NCBI GenBank assembly: GCA_028534125.1
Contig: CM052818.1
Coordinates: 16,990,001 to 17,054,000 of the forward strand
DNA length: 64,000 nucleotides
Direction: 5' to 3'
Source: Lama glama
Taxonomy: Eukaryota
The notes under the pieces: generated by a model
Databases searched by the model: none
What the model saw: only the letters and a program-made list of their open reading frames with translations
Told to the model about the DNA's origin: nothing
Position numbers and translations under genes: made by a program
In this document: positions 26,500 to 40,082 of the stretch, piece by piece
Layout of the letters: each line of letters starts with the position of its first letter
Numbering within the stretch: the first letter of the stretch is position 1

Positions 26500-26710
26500 A
26501 CAGCTTCCATTTATCGGTTCCGTGTCAGGAATTGTGCTCTAGGTTTTATACTCTATCTCATTTGGTCCTCACAAAAACTCCATAAGCTGACATTATTATC
26601 AGTCTCTATTTTATAGATGAGGCGGCTTGAGGTTTAGAAAGATAAAGTGCCATGCCCAAGATTAACACAGCTAATAAGTGTCAGAACACAGTTTTAATTA
26701 CAATGCTGAT
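26500..26710 (-). mobile_element. MIR SINE
   Basis: 'tctcatttggtcctcacaaaaactccataag..ctattttatagatgagg..ttgaggtttagaaag..tgcccaagattaacacagctaataagtg'. Confidence 0.8.
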
Positions 26711-28419
26711 TTCGAGTTGTAATGTAAATGTGACCACATCCAATAAGTCACATTTATATAAACATCATTGACTTAACATCAAACCACTGGCTTTGATTAG
26801 TTATAAAAATGGCATGGCTGCTAAGTACCAATATTTATTACCATCAAATAGTTCAACAAAGAAAAGCTTCTTTTTCCCTTTTCCTCCAAGTTTTTTGTGG
26901 CTCAATGGGTTAAAGGGGAAGGGTTGAAATTAATTAGTAGTAAAGTATTACGTGTAGATTAATGTTAAGTAATTTGTATTTAATAATTTTTTTCTTAGTA
27001 GTGTATAATGGAATATACATTAATGAGTCTTTATTGGAATGTTTGTGACACAAAATCTGCTGATGTGCCTGTGAGTTCGTGTGTGCCCAAGCCAGAGTCC
27101 TTGATTCCAGTCTGCTTCTGCATGGCCAGAGACCCCAAGGTGCGCTTTTGTGCCTACATATGCTACTATATTTCAGGTCCTATTGCTCCTGTCAGCCCCC
27201 TGCCTGGCCTGACTCTCAAAATAGGAGCATAAGACACAGACCACAAATTCTTCTGTTCCTTGGAAAATTTAGCTCTGATTGCTTTTCTTAAAAGAGGTTA
27301 AGGTCATTCCATTTTCATTTGACCTAGTGTTCTATGCTTTGGAGACATTGGAAAATTGGGGCTGATTAAAAAAAATTGGAGAACAACACATTTTTTGCAC
27401 ATTTTCTCTTGTTGTTGTTGTTGGTTTCATGCACTGAATATGTGGCCAATAATGTAAAGACTGCCCTGAAAAAACAGCTTTTCTGTTTTTAAATGTCTGG
27501 GCTGTAGGCTAATGAATAAGTCCCTTGGGTTTGCAAAGACAGTGATAAAGAAGCCAGGATATATGTAAAGATGGACAATGGAATTGTTTTTTTAAAATTA
27601 TCTATTACTATTGTAATAATGGAAAATTAGGTACCGTAAGATGGGCTAACTAACTGACCCATAATGCAGGTCTCAGTGTTCTAGTGGGACATAGCTAAGA
27701 GTGTCATTTGAGAATTGGATAGCATAACTTTGAATTCCAGCAGATTATCCTTTTTGTCTACTACATGCTTAATTTTTTTTCACTTTGTTTTATCTTAGCT
27801 TTACCTATAGTCACTCAAAAAAGGAAGTTCCTTTTCCTGTAGGAAACTATTTTGATATCTGCTAATTTCTTCCTTATGCTAAAATGATATCCATCTCACA
27901 AAGACCATGTAATATCCTTTATAATATCTTAAAGGCTATTAATGATGGAAAAATTTGGTATCTTCCAGTTCCTCTCTTAGGGGAGACACTTGGGAGGATC
28001 CAATCAATTGAAATTTTATTTTTTATTCATATATTTGACATTATATCAACATTGTAGCAATATTTCTCTTGAACTTCATTTTACTTGTATCTGTAATCTA
28101 TTGTCTTGACTTCTGCAGGGAAAAAAATTACTTGCTATTTTAAAATCGTTTTCAAATTTTAAAGCTAATTCACATCTGAGCTGAATCCTTCATTGGTCTC
28201 TATGATGTGCTTAGAGTGACTGAGATTTGATAAAAGGAAAATGAAAATAAATTCAGAAAATCCTTTTTATTTTTTTCACTTAGGTTAATCCATCCAGGCA
28301 TCAGGAACATTATATTTGTGTATTTAAGAAAAATAATAGATGTGATACTAATATTTCTTAAGTGAAATTTTGAACAAAATATGTTGAGGGTTTCCTGAAG
28401 TGATGTTTAGTGATAACAC

Positions 28420-28622
28420 AGCTTATAGGACAGGATGTTGAATAGGAAACAAAAGTCTCAGGGCAAGTTAGTTAAACATTATAAAGTGTTATTTTCTTCA
28501 TATACATTGTTTTATCAGTAAAATGAAGATAATTGTATTTACCTTTTTGGTTTTTGTGCGGCTTACATAAGTCAAACAAAGGAATTTATTTCACAGTGTC
28601 TTACTAACATCAGTTCTCAGTG
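28420..28622 (+). mobile_element. MIR SINE remnant
   Basis: 'gggcaagttagttaaac..tcagtaaaatgaagataattgtatttacct..cacagtgtct'. Confidence 0.55.
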
Positions 28623-28852
28623 GTCAACAGAGAATAATCCAGAATCATCGCTAGTTGACTTTGCTATGTCATGAGTAAGCATTATGCTAGTTTATAATAT
28701 TTTATAATATTTCAAAGTAACGAAACTGCACTGAAATCTTAATTCTGGAAGAGCTAAAACACTTTCAGCTTTTATTCCTTGCCTATATAATTTGACTTTG
28801 CTTCTTTCTTGCTCTGGGTTAAAAACAGACAACATCACTTCTCTTTTGATCC

Positions 28853-29179
28853 TGTATAGCCTAGCAGCCTGCTGGTTTGATTGTGCTCACCTAAGCGAGG
28901 GGGGACTCCTATCCCTGCCCCACACTCCAAGAGTCCTGCCCGAGGTTTGCTTCCTCATGCTCAAAACCTATCCATTGTCTGCAACCCCTGCTTGGTATTC
29001 ACCCAGTAATTTCACTCCTCCTTGGGGACCTGCTCTTCTGCGTCCTCTTCTGCTGGTGAAGCACGTGGAGAATAAATTACCAATGTAGCCTCTGTACCAG
29101 TTCATACCAAGCGTGTGTCTGCACATCCCCCAAGGGCTTCCAACCTCTGGGGTCCAGAGTGACACTGCATCTTGTAACA
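28853..29179 (+). mobile_element. Possible old solo LTR, family not recognised
   Basis: GC-richer block bounded by 'tgta' and 'tgtaaca', with AATAAA at 29071-29076; no TSD found. Confidence 0.35.
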
Positions 29180-31699
29180 AGTAGGTAATTTCTCCCCTTC
29201 CAACTCTGGGCCATCATTTGTCACTCAGGTTTCCAGTGCTTCTCTGTGTGGCCCAAAGTCGCAGTATATTCTCTTTTGAATCACTCTGAGCACTGTCTCT
29301 TTAGGGGCTAAGCCAGTGAAGGGACCTTGTAGGTCCCAGTTCACTCATCTTAGTCATCCTGCCTTATTCCCCTGCCTCTGCCCCTTCCCTGACTTTCTCT
29401 CTCCTTTCCTAATCATCATCATCATCTCATACATATTATATGGTACTGAGTTGGGACAGTGGAAGAGAAGAGAATATCCTTTACATTAGCAACAAGCAGT
29501 TAAAAAAAAAAGTCTCAATTAAGGAAGATTACCATATGTGATTTAAAAGAGTCTCTGCGAAAAGAGGCTCTAGGGTTAACAAGTCATCCAAGGTCCAAAT
29601 TAAAAATGTGCCAAGAACGTGAAGATAAGATTTTACTATGTGTTTGTTTATTATAATAGAACCGATTTATAGTGTGCATTCTATATTATATATAACAATT
29701 TTAATTGCAACCACTTAATTTTATTGTAGTAAGGCAACTAAATATAAATCATGTGTTTTACTAAGGATAATTAAAATTATCAAATTAATTAAAATTATCA
29801 AAAGAAACAAGATTTGCTAATGCTAGTCAGTGAATGGTTGAAGACAAGCTCAAAACAGTTGATTCTAGTTAAAATGTCTAAAATAAATATATGCTTAGAA
29901 AAGAATTATGTTTGCATAACTTTTGCACTTTCCATGATAGCGGCACTGCATTTTTACAAGGGTGTCATTTAGGATAATAGAATACTTTCTAAAAATTTTC
30001 AATAGCAAACCATGAAATTGATCTAAATTTTATAAATAACTTATTTTGCATGTGAAATAAAATTTAAATTGTAATGTAGGCGTGTGCATTCATGTTACAT
30101 TAATCCAAGCGATGCTTGATCATAATGTGTTGGTGCGCTTGCCCCCAAAATCTGTCCTATGAAACAGAACACCAGATGTAATGCTTAGAATGGTGACTTG
30201 ATAAAATTAGACTCATCGTGCAGAAAAGAAAATGCCATGTTTTAAATAAATATCATTAGCAGTTTGGAGGAAAGAAGCAAATTGCTCTGATAATGTCCTA
30301 GACCCTTACCCAATTGACCTTTAAAAAACTATTAAAGAAGATAGTAGAATTTTAAATATATATGCATATGAAGAAAACTTTAATATTCATATGTATGGCT
30401 TGTAGACTGCATCTTATTAGCTATGATTCGCAATGATTTCTGAGATGGCATTTAAAAGCAGAAGGTGATTTCTACAAATACCAGAGGCAACATTAATAAT
30501 AAAGCTCTTGTGGTTTACTCCATGTGCGTGAAGCAAGAGTGAGCTTAAAAACAGAGGTGTGGGAGAGGCAAATTGCTTTTCCAATTATTGACCTGAGAAG
30601 GGGGATATCTATTTATAATTTTGTCTTTGTCTGGACTTTTTTCCATGCAAATTTTGGTGGCCTTAATATCAGGCTCTAACAAAGAAACAATTATTCTGTG
30701 TATGTGCTCAGAAAATACATTTCCAGAAGTCCAGTCTAGTCATTCAGCCAGTTGAGGCAAAAAATAATCAATTAATTCAGTGAAAAGTTCTCCAGACCAA
30801 TTGAATTAACTAAATTGATTGTCTGTGTGACTGAATTAGGCCAGTACATTTAGTCAAAACGGTAGACTTAGCAACTGAGTTCTTACACAAAAACCTTGAG
30901 TTGGCAAAAGAGATTGAAATACAGTAGAGTTTCGCAGAGAGTGTTTGGAAGCAGGAAGGACAACTTCAGACTTGTATCCTTGAGTTACAACACAACTAAC
31001 GTATTGCAAAGTCTTTCAATAGCCTGCACACAGACATTGCCAAAGTTAAATTCTGGAGGAAGGTATCATTAATACATTGGCTGTTGAAAACTCTTTGAAA
31101 TTCTGACCATGAGATTCTTCACAGAGCTAGAACAAAAAGCGTTGTGGGAAAATCCCAAATCGGCTGTTCCCTGTGCTTTTTCCTGCCTCGAATGTACTAT
31201 TTCTAAAGGCACAGAGTTTTAACAAGAGTGTTTCAAAAAGCAAAGGCTGAAGGAGATACGGTAGCTCTTACGCCCCTCTGTGGCTTATTATACCATTCAC
31301 GCTTAGTGGTTGGCAAAGGATTGCTGAGATGAAAACAAGGGCCCTTCTACCCTTGGTCTTGCTATTCATGAAGGGCCCCACACTTCTTTACATCTCACTG
31401 CTCTCCAAAACAAACCCCTATTTTAGTCACACTTGCCACGTTATAGCATTTAACACCAGGTATCACATAATGGTTCAGTGTTTTTACAGGAAATTTTGAA
31501 ATGAGTAAATGAATGAATTGTATCAGGGACTTATAATTACTTCTTTCCTCTTTCCCTCACAAAGCTTTTCTAGCTTTTAAAGCCTCAGCACATAGCCTAA
31601 ATGCTCCAGACCTAATTGAACTTTCCCTTTTTTGAAACCCTTTAGCACTTAAGTACCAACGATTGGTTATCAGCTGGCATAAAAATACCAATTACTATT

Positions 31700-31865
31700 A
31701 TTATAAGAGCTAACTGAATGCTTAGCATGTACATGGCGCTGCCTTAAGCACTTTGTAGATATCGTCTCACTGTACCTCAGAGAAGGTAACTTGCCCAATA
31801 TCACGTAGCTAGTAACTGTGAATTAAACCCAAATAGTCTGTCCTAAGACTTAACATTCTTCACTA
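31700..31865 (-). mobile_element. MIR SINE, internally deleted
   Basis: 'agctaactgaatgctta..taagcactttgtagatatcgtctca..gtaacttgcccaatatcacgtagctagtaa..aaacccaaatagtctg'. Confidence 0.7.
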
Positions 31866-32684
31866 AGTTATTTTGCCTTCTGTTTGGGGACTTTTCTTTG
31901 TTTTTTGTTTGTTTGTTTGTTTTCATCAATGTGTATTTTGTCTTTTTGATTAGATCTTAAGCTTCTTAATTCATTCTTTGTCCTGAACAGTGCCATTGAT
32001 AGAGCTAACCACAGTACAGGTCATTAGTACATACTTGATTTATTAAATATGGATATTCTTAGCTAATGCACTTCTTTTCATTTTTATAGTTGCTCTGACA
32101 ATAGTTCCAAAAATTCGGATTTCATAAGGACTGGTATGACTGAATTTAACAACTACAGTGTGTTTGTGCCATGTTAATTTTAACCGTACTGGAGTACCCA
32201 AAATGTCTGGAGTCACCATAATGACAAAAATGATTCATGATGTAATTGGTGAATTTTTGAAATGATATATAAGTGTTGTTTGTGTACATTGCATCGGAAT
32301 AGCTTGAGTTAACATATTTCACTGTTGTCCCAAAAGGAATCTTTTGAGTTTATTACGATTTCACCAGCCAAATGCAAATGATAATTTTTTGCTAATCGTG
32401 CTGCTTATAAAGACAAGCCAAATCTAGCTGATTTCCTGATACAGCATAAATTTAAATTATGTTTTCCAGAAGCAGTGGTAGTCTAACACAACAAATTAAG
32501 CCATTCGTGAAATTCATCTGTGTTTCTGTTATTGACTAGTAGCCCAAAAGACTGGAACAGCCAGCCGTGAGAAGCAAGTAATATTGCCAATCAATTTAAA
32601 AATCTATCGAGCCCCCAAATAGCATTTGTGGTTTATAGGATTGCTGGGTTATTTCATTTCTTTTTTCCATAGCTATTTTTTTTT

Positions 32685-33495
32685 ACCTCAGATTCAGCAC
32701 ATCTAAAATTAAACTCATTATCTTTACTCCAAAACATATCCCTCTTTCTTTATTTTCTCCTATTCATCTAAGCCAAAAACATGCAAACCATTGTCAACTT
32801 TTACCTCTCTCTCATCTGCATGTATAAATGATCACAGAATTCTGCTGTTTCTCCTCCAAAATGCTCTCCCCATTTCTCCATGCCACTACTATGACTAGAC
32901 CTGTCATTCCTTGGCTGAACCATCATAATAGCCTCCCAGCTGGCCTCCCTGACTCCTCCCTTTCCCATTTTCCCTATTTAGTAAAACTCAAATGTGATTA
33001 TGTTATGCCAATTTAAAAAATCATTCCATATATGCCCGTGGCCTGAGAATAAATGCCAGACATTATGGCAGAGCGGAGAAGGCCTCCTTGATTTGGCGTC
33101 AGCCTACTGAAGCCATCTGCCAGGCTTTCCTTTACCATCCCCGACTCTGCCTCATGCTCCAGCCATCCAGACCACCTGGTCCTTCCTGTCTGAGGCCACT
33201 AGGCTGTCATTCAGGCTGTGTTCGTGAAAAAGAATGGCCTCCCTCCATTCTACCTTTTCCCTTTCAGACCACAATTCCAACAAGAGTTCCTTACTCTTCT
33301 CTAAGTGCCGCTGTCGCTCGTGTACACCTATCTTAAGGCGTGTATTTTACATTCTTATATTTAGTTACTTACCTGTTTGTCTTTTCTCCTCATTCGCAGC
33401 TTATGGAGATGGTGGTCTGTGTCTTCCTTATCATTGTACCACCTCTATTTAACATAGACCCTGAGAAATAGTGTTTTAATCAGTGTTGAGTCGGT
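32685..33495 (+). mobile_element. L2 LINE 3' portion
   Basis: 'cctcagattcagcacatctaaaattaaactcattatctt', 'aatagcctcccagctggcctccctgactcc', 'aaatgtgattatgttatgcc', and an L2-type tail. Confidence 0.75.
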
Positions 33496-35732
33496 GAGTC
33501 CACTTCTTCATATGCTAGTATTTTACAACAAATCACTTTTTCTATAACATAATTTTGCTGGTTGTGAATTATCATGCAGAATAAAACTTCTGGCCTATCA
33601 TAGAAATGCATTTTTAAGTATCTAGCCTCAGAGATAAATAGGCAAATCTGAGAGCTAAGAGCTAGAATACTTTCTAAACTACGCTCCATTATTTCAACTG
33701 TCAATCTCGTCATCTAGTTAAGTTCTTTCAAAAGTCACATTGCCCACTCGTACTGCCTACTTTGTAACGTATGCGGTATGTATAGGTTCAAGAAATACCA
33801 AGTAAGTAAACAGTTCATTTTCCAGTTTAATAAGCCAGAACCAAATGATGGTTGCATTATATTAGATGCGATCTAAATGTGTTGTTTTGCAAATACAAGG
33901 ATGTGTTTGAATTATAAATACATAGTGATGCTCACAAAAGCATTTTTGATTTCATAGGTAATTTTTCACAAGGGATCTTGCATTTCAGAGGACTGTAGGA
34001 AAAAGTTTTACTGAATATAGCCATCTAAAATATATTTGATACACTTAAATGATAATCATCAAACCAGTTTTTTTAGTAAGTATCATGAAAAGTGTACAGG
34101 ATTTTAATTGTAATAACTGGGAAATTCAACTGAATACCATTCTGGCTTCACTTAGTGACTTTCTCAAATCTCTGTTGATATTCACATTTTACTCAAAAGA
34201 AAACTGAAATGAGGGGGAAAGCAAAACTTCAGAGTGGATGACCAAATCACTGAATTTTAACACACCTGTTGTCTAAAGACCTCTATCGCAAATTCTGTGC
34301 TCTTCCTCTAGGGATTTAAGTTCAATGTAAAATCAATCACCTATCAAGTTAAATAAGCATGTGACTCCTCTTGACCACAGCAATAAAAGACCAAAGGAGA
34401 AGAACTAAAAAGTATGGCTTCATTTTAATGAAGTCATTTTTTAGATTAACTTGAGCAGTTACATTTCAATTTTAAAAACAAACAAAAAATGATTCACAAG
34501 AAATTTGCTGGACTAACTTTGAATGTATTTCTTTAACCTTAATGATTGAAGGTGTAGCCTGTAGTTGGTGGTAGACCAAAGGAGCCAGTAAGACAGTAAA
34601 TTGCTGTTTGGAAAGTCAAATTATTTAAATTCCAATGATATGCTATGGATAGTGAATGTTAATGGCTGTTATAGCAAGTTATGTTTACAAATGTTTTCAA
34701 AACTAATTTATCCTTCATTAGGTATTATGGATCATCATAAAGAGATTTTGTTCTCATTGTTTTTTGTTCCACATGTAGTTCATAAGTTGAATATTTACAA
34801 TTCGAATAGAGAGCTGAAAACTAAAAAGAAGCAGCTAAAATGCAAGAGGAATACAAGATACACAAAGAGAGATTAAAATCCTAAGGAGCACCTTCTGTTC
34901 TCTTTTTAGTTTGGTTCTTCCTGACATGAAAATGGATGAAAAATTCCCATTTTTCTCCGACGTTTTATTCCATCTGTAGCTAATCATATGTTTACTGGCA
35001 GCTTAAATTCTGTTAGTTTAATAAAATAGCAAAAATATTGATGGTTAAAATATACTGCTGAATTAGCAAAACTCAGCTTAACCATTAATTCTCTGTGTAT
35101 TTAAATTTCAACATCATATTGAAATATAAAAGCTTTCTTCCAAGGCCAGCGTGCTCTCTTCTACAACAAATTGCACTCCAGGTTCTTCCTATTGATAATG
35201 TATATTTAGTTACAAAATGTGCATGAAATAAGCAAATATTGATTTGTGTGAGTTAAAGCATTGTGAATATTTAATAACTTTGATGTAATGAATATTATCA
35301 GGAGAAAGAAATGATATGAAAATAATAAGATTGATAATATAACATATCAAGAAGAATATAAAGTAATTGTATCATTTTACTGTATGTAGCAACCAGAAAA
35401 TCTGAATTTTAGTTATCAAAGTAGAAAAAAATGGTGTATTGTTTTCTGTGCAAGTAGCCAAATAGGTTAAAATGAAAAGAATATAAATTCCTTATGTAAT
35501 ATGCAGAATGTAAAGTATTATTAATTTTTTTATATTTTTACTTGGTTTCTATAGCAACTTGGAGAAATCTTATCCTTAAGAGAAATTCCCCAGCATCTGT
35601 TTGCATTGTCAGGAAAATATTTTAAAAAGAAGAAAGAAAAGGAATCTAACATTTATAGCAATCAGGTCTTTTTAGATGTGTTTCAGGTATACATTTTGAA
35701 TTTCAAAAAATATACCATTAAAGCAGAGAAGA

Positions 35733-36334
35733 TCCAGATGGATGCTAAAATTAGTGGGCAAAAATATAAGAGAAAGAAGTTATTTGCATAGTCAGTCTCA
35801 AAGTGTCTCCCCCAGTGTATTTGTTAACTTCAAAGTGAAATAGGTGGTCTTACAGTGAAGAAACACAGCAGGCACTAGCCGAACCAAATTATCAAAGTTA
35901 AAATCACCAGCAGAGAGACATAGCACCATCATTTCCTCAGACATACTGCACGGAGAAGGGCCTATCACTGCTGGTATATTCTTGATAAAATGCATCACCT
36001 CAGCCTCATGAGAAGACATCAGACAAATCCGAACTGAAGAACATTCTACAAAATAAGTGATTAGTACTCATCAAGTGTCAGTGTCCTTGGTTCTCCTAAG
36101 GGAACTAAGAAGACTTAATAGTGGGAGCCTGGATTGGATTCTGGGACAAGAATGTTAATGGAACAACTGGTAGAATCCAAATAAAATCCATAATTTGGTT
36201 AATCATATTGAACCAATTTTATTTTTGTATGATAATATAAGGTATAAAGTTGAGTGAAGAGCATATGGTGATTCTCTGTTCTATCTTGGAAATTCTTCTA
36301 TGAGTCTAAAATTATTTCCAAATTAAATTAAAAA
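35733..36334 (+). mobile_element. Old L1 (L1MC/MD-like) 3' UTR
   Basis: 'cagatggatgctaaaattagtggg', 'catcagacaaatccgaactgaagaacattctacaaaataa', and end 'tgagtctaaaattatttccaaattaaattaaaaa'. Confidence 0.75.
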
Positions 36335-38169
36335 GTCAAGTGATTTTTATATTGTCTTACCTTATAGTAAAAACAAAAGTCCATACCTATATCATTAAAA
36401 TCTATCATAGTGAAAAACATACATAGCATTAAATGTTTGGAAGAGTTCTTGTGAGGTGTTCACTTGCCTAACTTTTTAAATGTTAAATGATTACTCAGTC
36501 AACATGCAAATGTAAACAGCTTCCTATATCATTTTCTATAAAACTATGGAACATTCCTGATGTTTTCTCAGCTTGAACCAATATTTAGGAGTTGAGTAGA
36601 GTGAGAAAACCCCTGTATTTATTCTTTAGATTTGTGATGCAATGCTCTTGTTAAAATTACTGTTTTCCCTCGATAAACACACTGATAGGATAAATTTTAA
36701 AAACAATTGAATACAGTAAGACAATGCTGACTGTAGAGGTATAAAGTTATTCTTAAAACTTTAATCCATTAGACCAAAATTATGTGTTGAAAATTCTAGT
36801 TCACATGATCTCTATCTTTTGAAATACCCTTGAGAATTATTCTAGCAGTAGCTTTTTTGGAGATAGTTCTAAACTGAGGTCTGGTTAATTCAGTGTTTTT
36901 GAGTAGCTGTGAGCATGCCAGTATATTTTTCTGGGGAATCACTATTTGTGTTTCAGTTTCTTTACCTGTAAACTGAGGTTACTCTATTAATTTACACTGA
37001 TTCTACACTGGGAAACTGTGGGGACAAATTTGATGATGGATAAGGGATGGATATTTTAAAAAATGTATTATTCGAAGAAGTGCTTTATTATATAGTTGTG
37101 TAATCAAGTGGCATTGTCATCCAAAATAATTGTTAGGAAACTTGCCTTAACTATATTGTCAAATTTCTTAGCTCTAATTGACTATTTAACAGTTACACTG
37201 GATCTCCAAGCGAGGGCAATAAATGATGATTATGGAAGCATCCTACAAAGTGAAAAATATCATATGAAAAGATAATTTATTTTTGTTTGTATTTTTTTAT
37301 TGCTCTTTATTTCTTGTTTATAATGATTATTTCAGAAAAAAAATGTTTATCTGAAATCTCTCAGGGATTTTTTACAACCTTAAACAAAGTTTAAGGTTTC
37401 TTCTCCCTACTCTTGCAAAAAAATTTCCTATATCTCATCACCACCTCATTTAATAAACATGTAAGCCCCACCATGTTCCAGGCCCCGTGGCATCACTGGG
37501 GTACTAAGGGAGTGAGACTAGATCTGTCAGTTAGAGCTCACAGCTTACTTCACCAAACCTATTTCTTGTTATTTATCTGGGTGAGCCCTTTTTCCAGACG
37601 AACTCGCCCATAGTTTGTTTCCTGATGGCCACCACTCCCTCCCTCCCATTTTGCTGCTTAAATTCCCTTTTCTTCAGTTCCTAGGCACACCGTTACATCA
37701 TTCACCTGGAGGTCCTGCATCCCCAGTGCAGCAAAGTCTTCAGCAGTCTCTGTTTCTACACTGAAAGACTCAGCTTGCACTTCCTGTGTGCAACAATGCA
37801 CCTATGTTTGGATGTATCATTCCACTCTCTCAGTGAGAGTCACAGTCCCAGCATGGGCACCATCCTTTCTTTTTCTGTCTCTGCCTTTCCAGCAACAGCT
37901 GCAGGAACCCCCATGGAACCAATTTTATTTTTGTTTTGTGAACAGGAGCACAAGTTTATGAGTCATTCCCCAAGACCCAGATATTTTCTCTCTGACCTTT
38001 CTTCTGTTTACCTCCTCCTTTCTTCTCTCACCCCAAAGAAAACTCTTCATTATGAAATTTCCTCCAGAAATCCCTATGTCCATGCTGATAGAATCCTAAA
38101 GTATGAAGACAATGGTAGGCATGGCCTGTGACCAGGATGATGATAAATCCCCACGTTCTCAAGGCTCTC

Positions 38170-38335
38170 CATGCTTTTCAACTTTTTTCACATCATGGTG
38201 CCCAAGGAAATGATGATGTTTGAATGGCACACTGAAGTATAGGAAGCTGCTTGTCCCTGGTTTACCCAGCTGCTCCAGGACAGAGGTATTCATATCACAG
38301 CACAACTGTCCCATTTTCAGTACAGCCCAGCTCAC
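38170..38335 (-). mobile_element. MER119-like hAT remnant
   Basis: 'ttcaactttttcacatcatgg..gaaatgatgatgtttgaatggcacactg..catatcacagcacaactgt' resembles the recalled MER119. Confidence 0.4.
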
Positions 38336-40050
38336 TGCTCTAATTAATGGTACCAGGTGATTGCAGGGCAGTATTTCTTCTCAAATCCTACAGGCAGTGC
38401 ATTTCCTCTTCCCTGATGCGTGATATGCAGCAACCCCTTTTATGTTAATTTCTGGAGATACCCGTAGTTGACTTAAGGATATCCGACAGTAGTGGTTTAG
38501 TAAGTTTGTAGATTGTGAACAAGCTAACAAAAGTTGTCCACACAAGACTGTTTTTCAACTCTTTGAAATATTCACTTAAGTTCAAAACAAAAGAGCACTG
38601 GTTAAACAAGGGAGCGCTTAAGACAGCCGCTCTCTTTCTGTTTCACTGTCCCATAGAGCTTACGGTGAGTGCTCTATGGAAACACCAAGACACTGAGTTG
38701 ACAGATGTGGCCCCAGATAGCAGTAAACAGAGCCTTCAGTTGAAAGAGAAGAGGGAAACTGAAGTGGAGACGTTACACACTGTGTTGACGACTAGGACTG
38801 AAGTACCACCCGCAATTCTTTGCAGTTTCCATTTTTTTCTGAAAGACGTCTTATTAGTCAAGGATAAACTGTCATTTGATGAATGATATATTCTTACTTG
38901 GTTCAAGGCATTTTGTTAGACCAGAGACTATATAAAATGTAAAAATTTTATGAAGATTATGCTTTTCCTGAAAACTTTTATGTAAATAATGACACATATG
39001 ATAGTAAATGTTGTGGATGGGACATAATCACCTTTAGAATGTGATTTCGGGACTCTGGAAACTTTTACTTTAGTAGTATAGATAAGATATACAGAGATGC
39101 AGTAAAAGCTAGGAATATAAGGCTAGTTAGGGATGAACACTAAAGACATGTAACTGGTGAAGATTAGAAGGAACACAGTGTTTTAAAGAAGGAAAATATC
39201 ACTTATAACCAGAGATGACAAGGAAAGATTCTCAGAGAAGTTTAAAATTGAACTGAGCAATGCAGGGTGAACGTGGGGTGGGGGACGCAGAATTCAAAGC
39301 TCAGATTCCATGTACCTCTGAGTACTGCTTTGGTTACCCCACTTACATGATATTTTATCCTTGTTCTTACAAGTTAGCAAAATAGCCACCAGCCCTACGA
39401 ATATATCAGTGCTCGCAGAATGCAGTTTATTGCTTGACAATTGAAACATTGAAAGCAACTAAAAATAGCTTTCTTATTCTTTGAACATGTATAACCAATA
39501 TTATGCCCTTCTAATAATTTGAAGTTCAATCACCCAGTGCTATTTGTAACATTTTTACTAAATGTTAATAGAAGAAGCCCTCTGTTATTTTACTTCTCTG
39601 AAGATGGCAATTATGAAATTGTCCCTGATGAATAGGAGACCATGCTGATAACATGCAATTAAGATGCATCATCGGAAAAAGAAAAGTGCTGTTTACTTGA
39701 AAGAGTTAAATCTTCAGAAAGGAGAGAACTTGTCTTAATTCTTTCTGGATTTCTCTGTATTTCACATTTACAGTTTTTTTTTTAATTTTTTGTCTTTAGG
39801 ATAAAACCACAGATTTATAAATGATTAAAATATTCCAATTCCTTTTGAAGAATGGAGGACTATTATGTAAAAAAGCAAATTACATTAAAGTAAAGCAAAC
39901 AAGTTTTGGTTTGCGTTAGCTATTTAGAAACAAAAATGGGATCATTTTACACTAGCGACATAGCCTTCTTCTCCATACCCTCACCATGCCACCCACGGAT
40001 TTTCTGAACCTAGAATCCGTGAGTTTCTTATACACTCTTCACACACAGAA

Positions 40051-40082
40051 AACAAACAAACAAACAAACAAATAAATAAAAA
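40051..40082. repeat. (AAAC)n/(AAAT)n microsatellite
   Basis: Seen directly. Confidence 0.85.

Noticed and set aside
31270..31284. CTCF-like motif cgcccctctgtgg
   Set aside because: The core AG is out of register with the consensus, so the match is weak.
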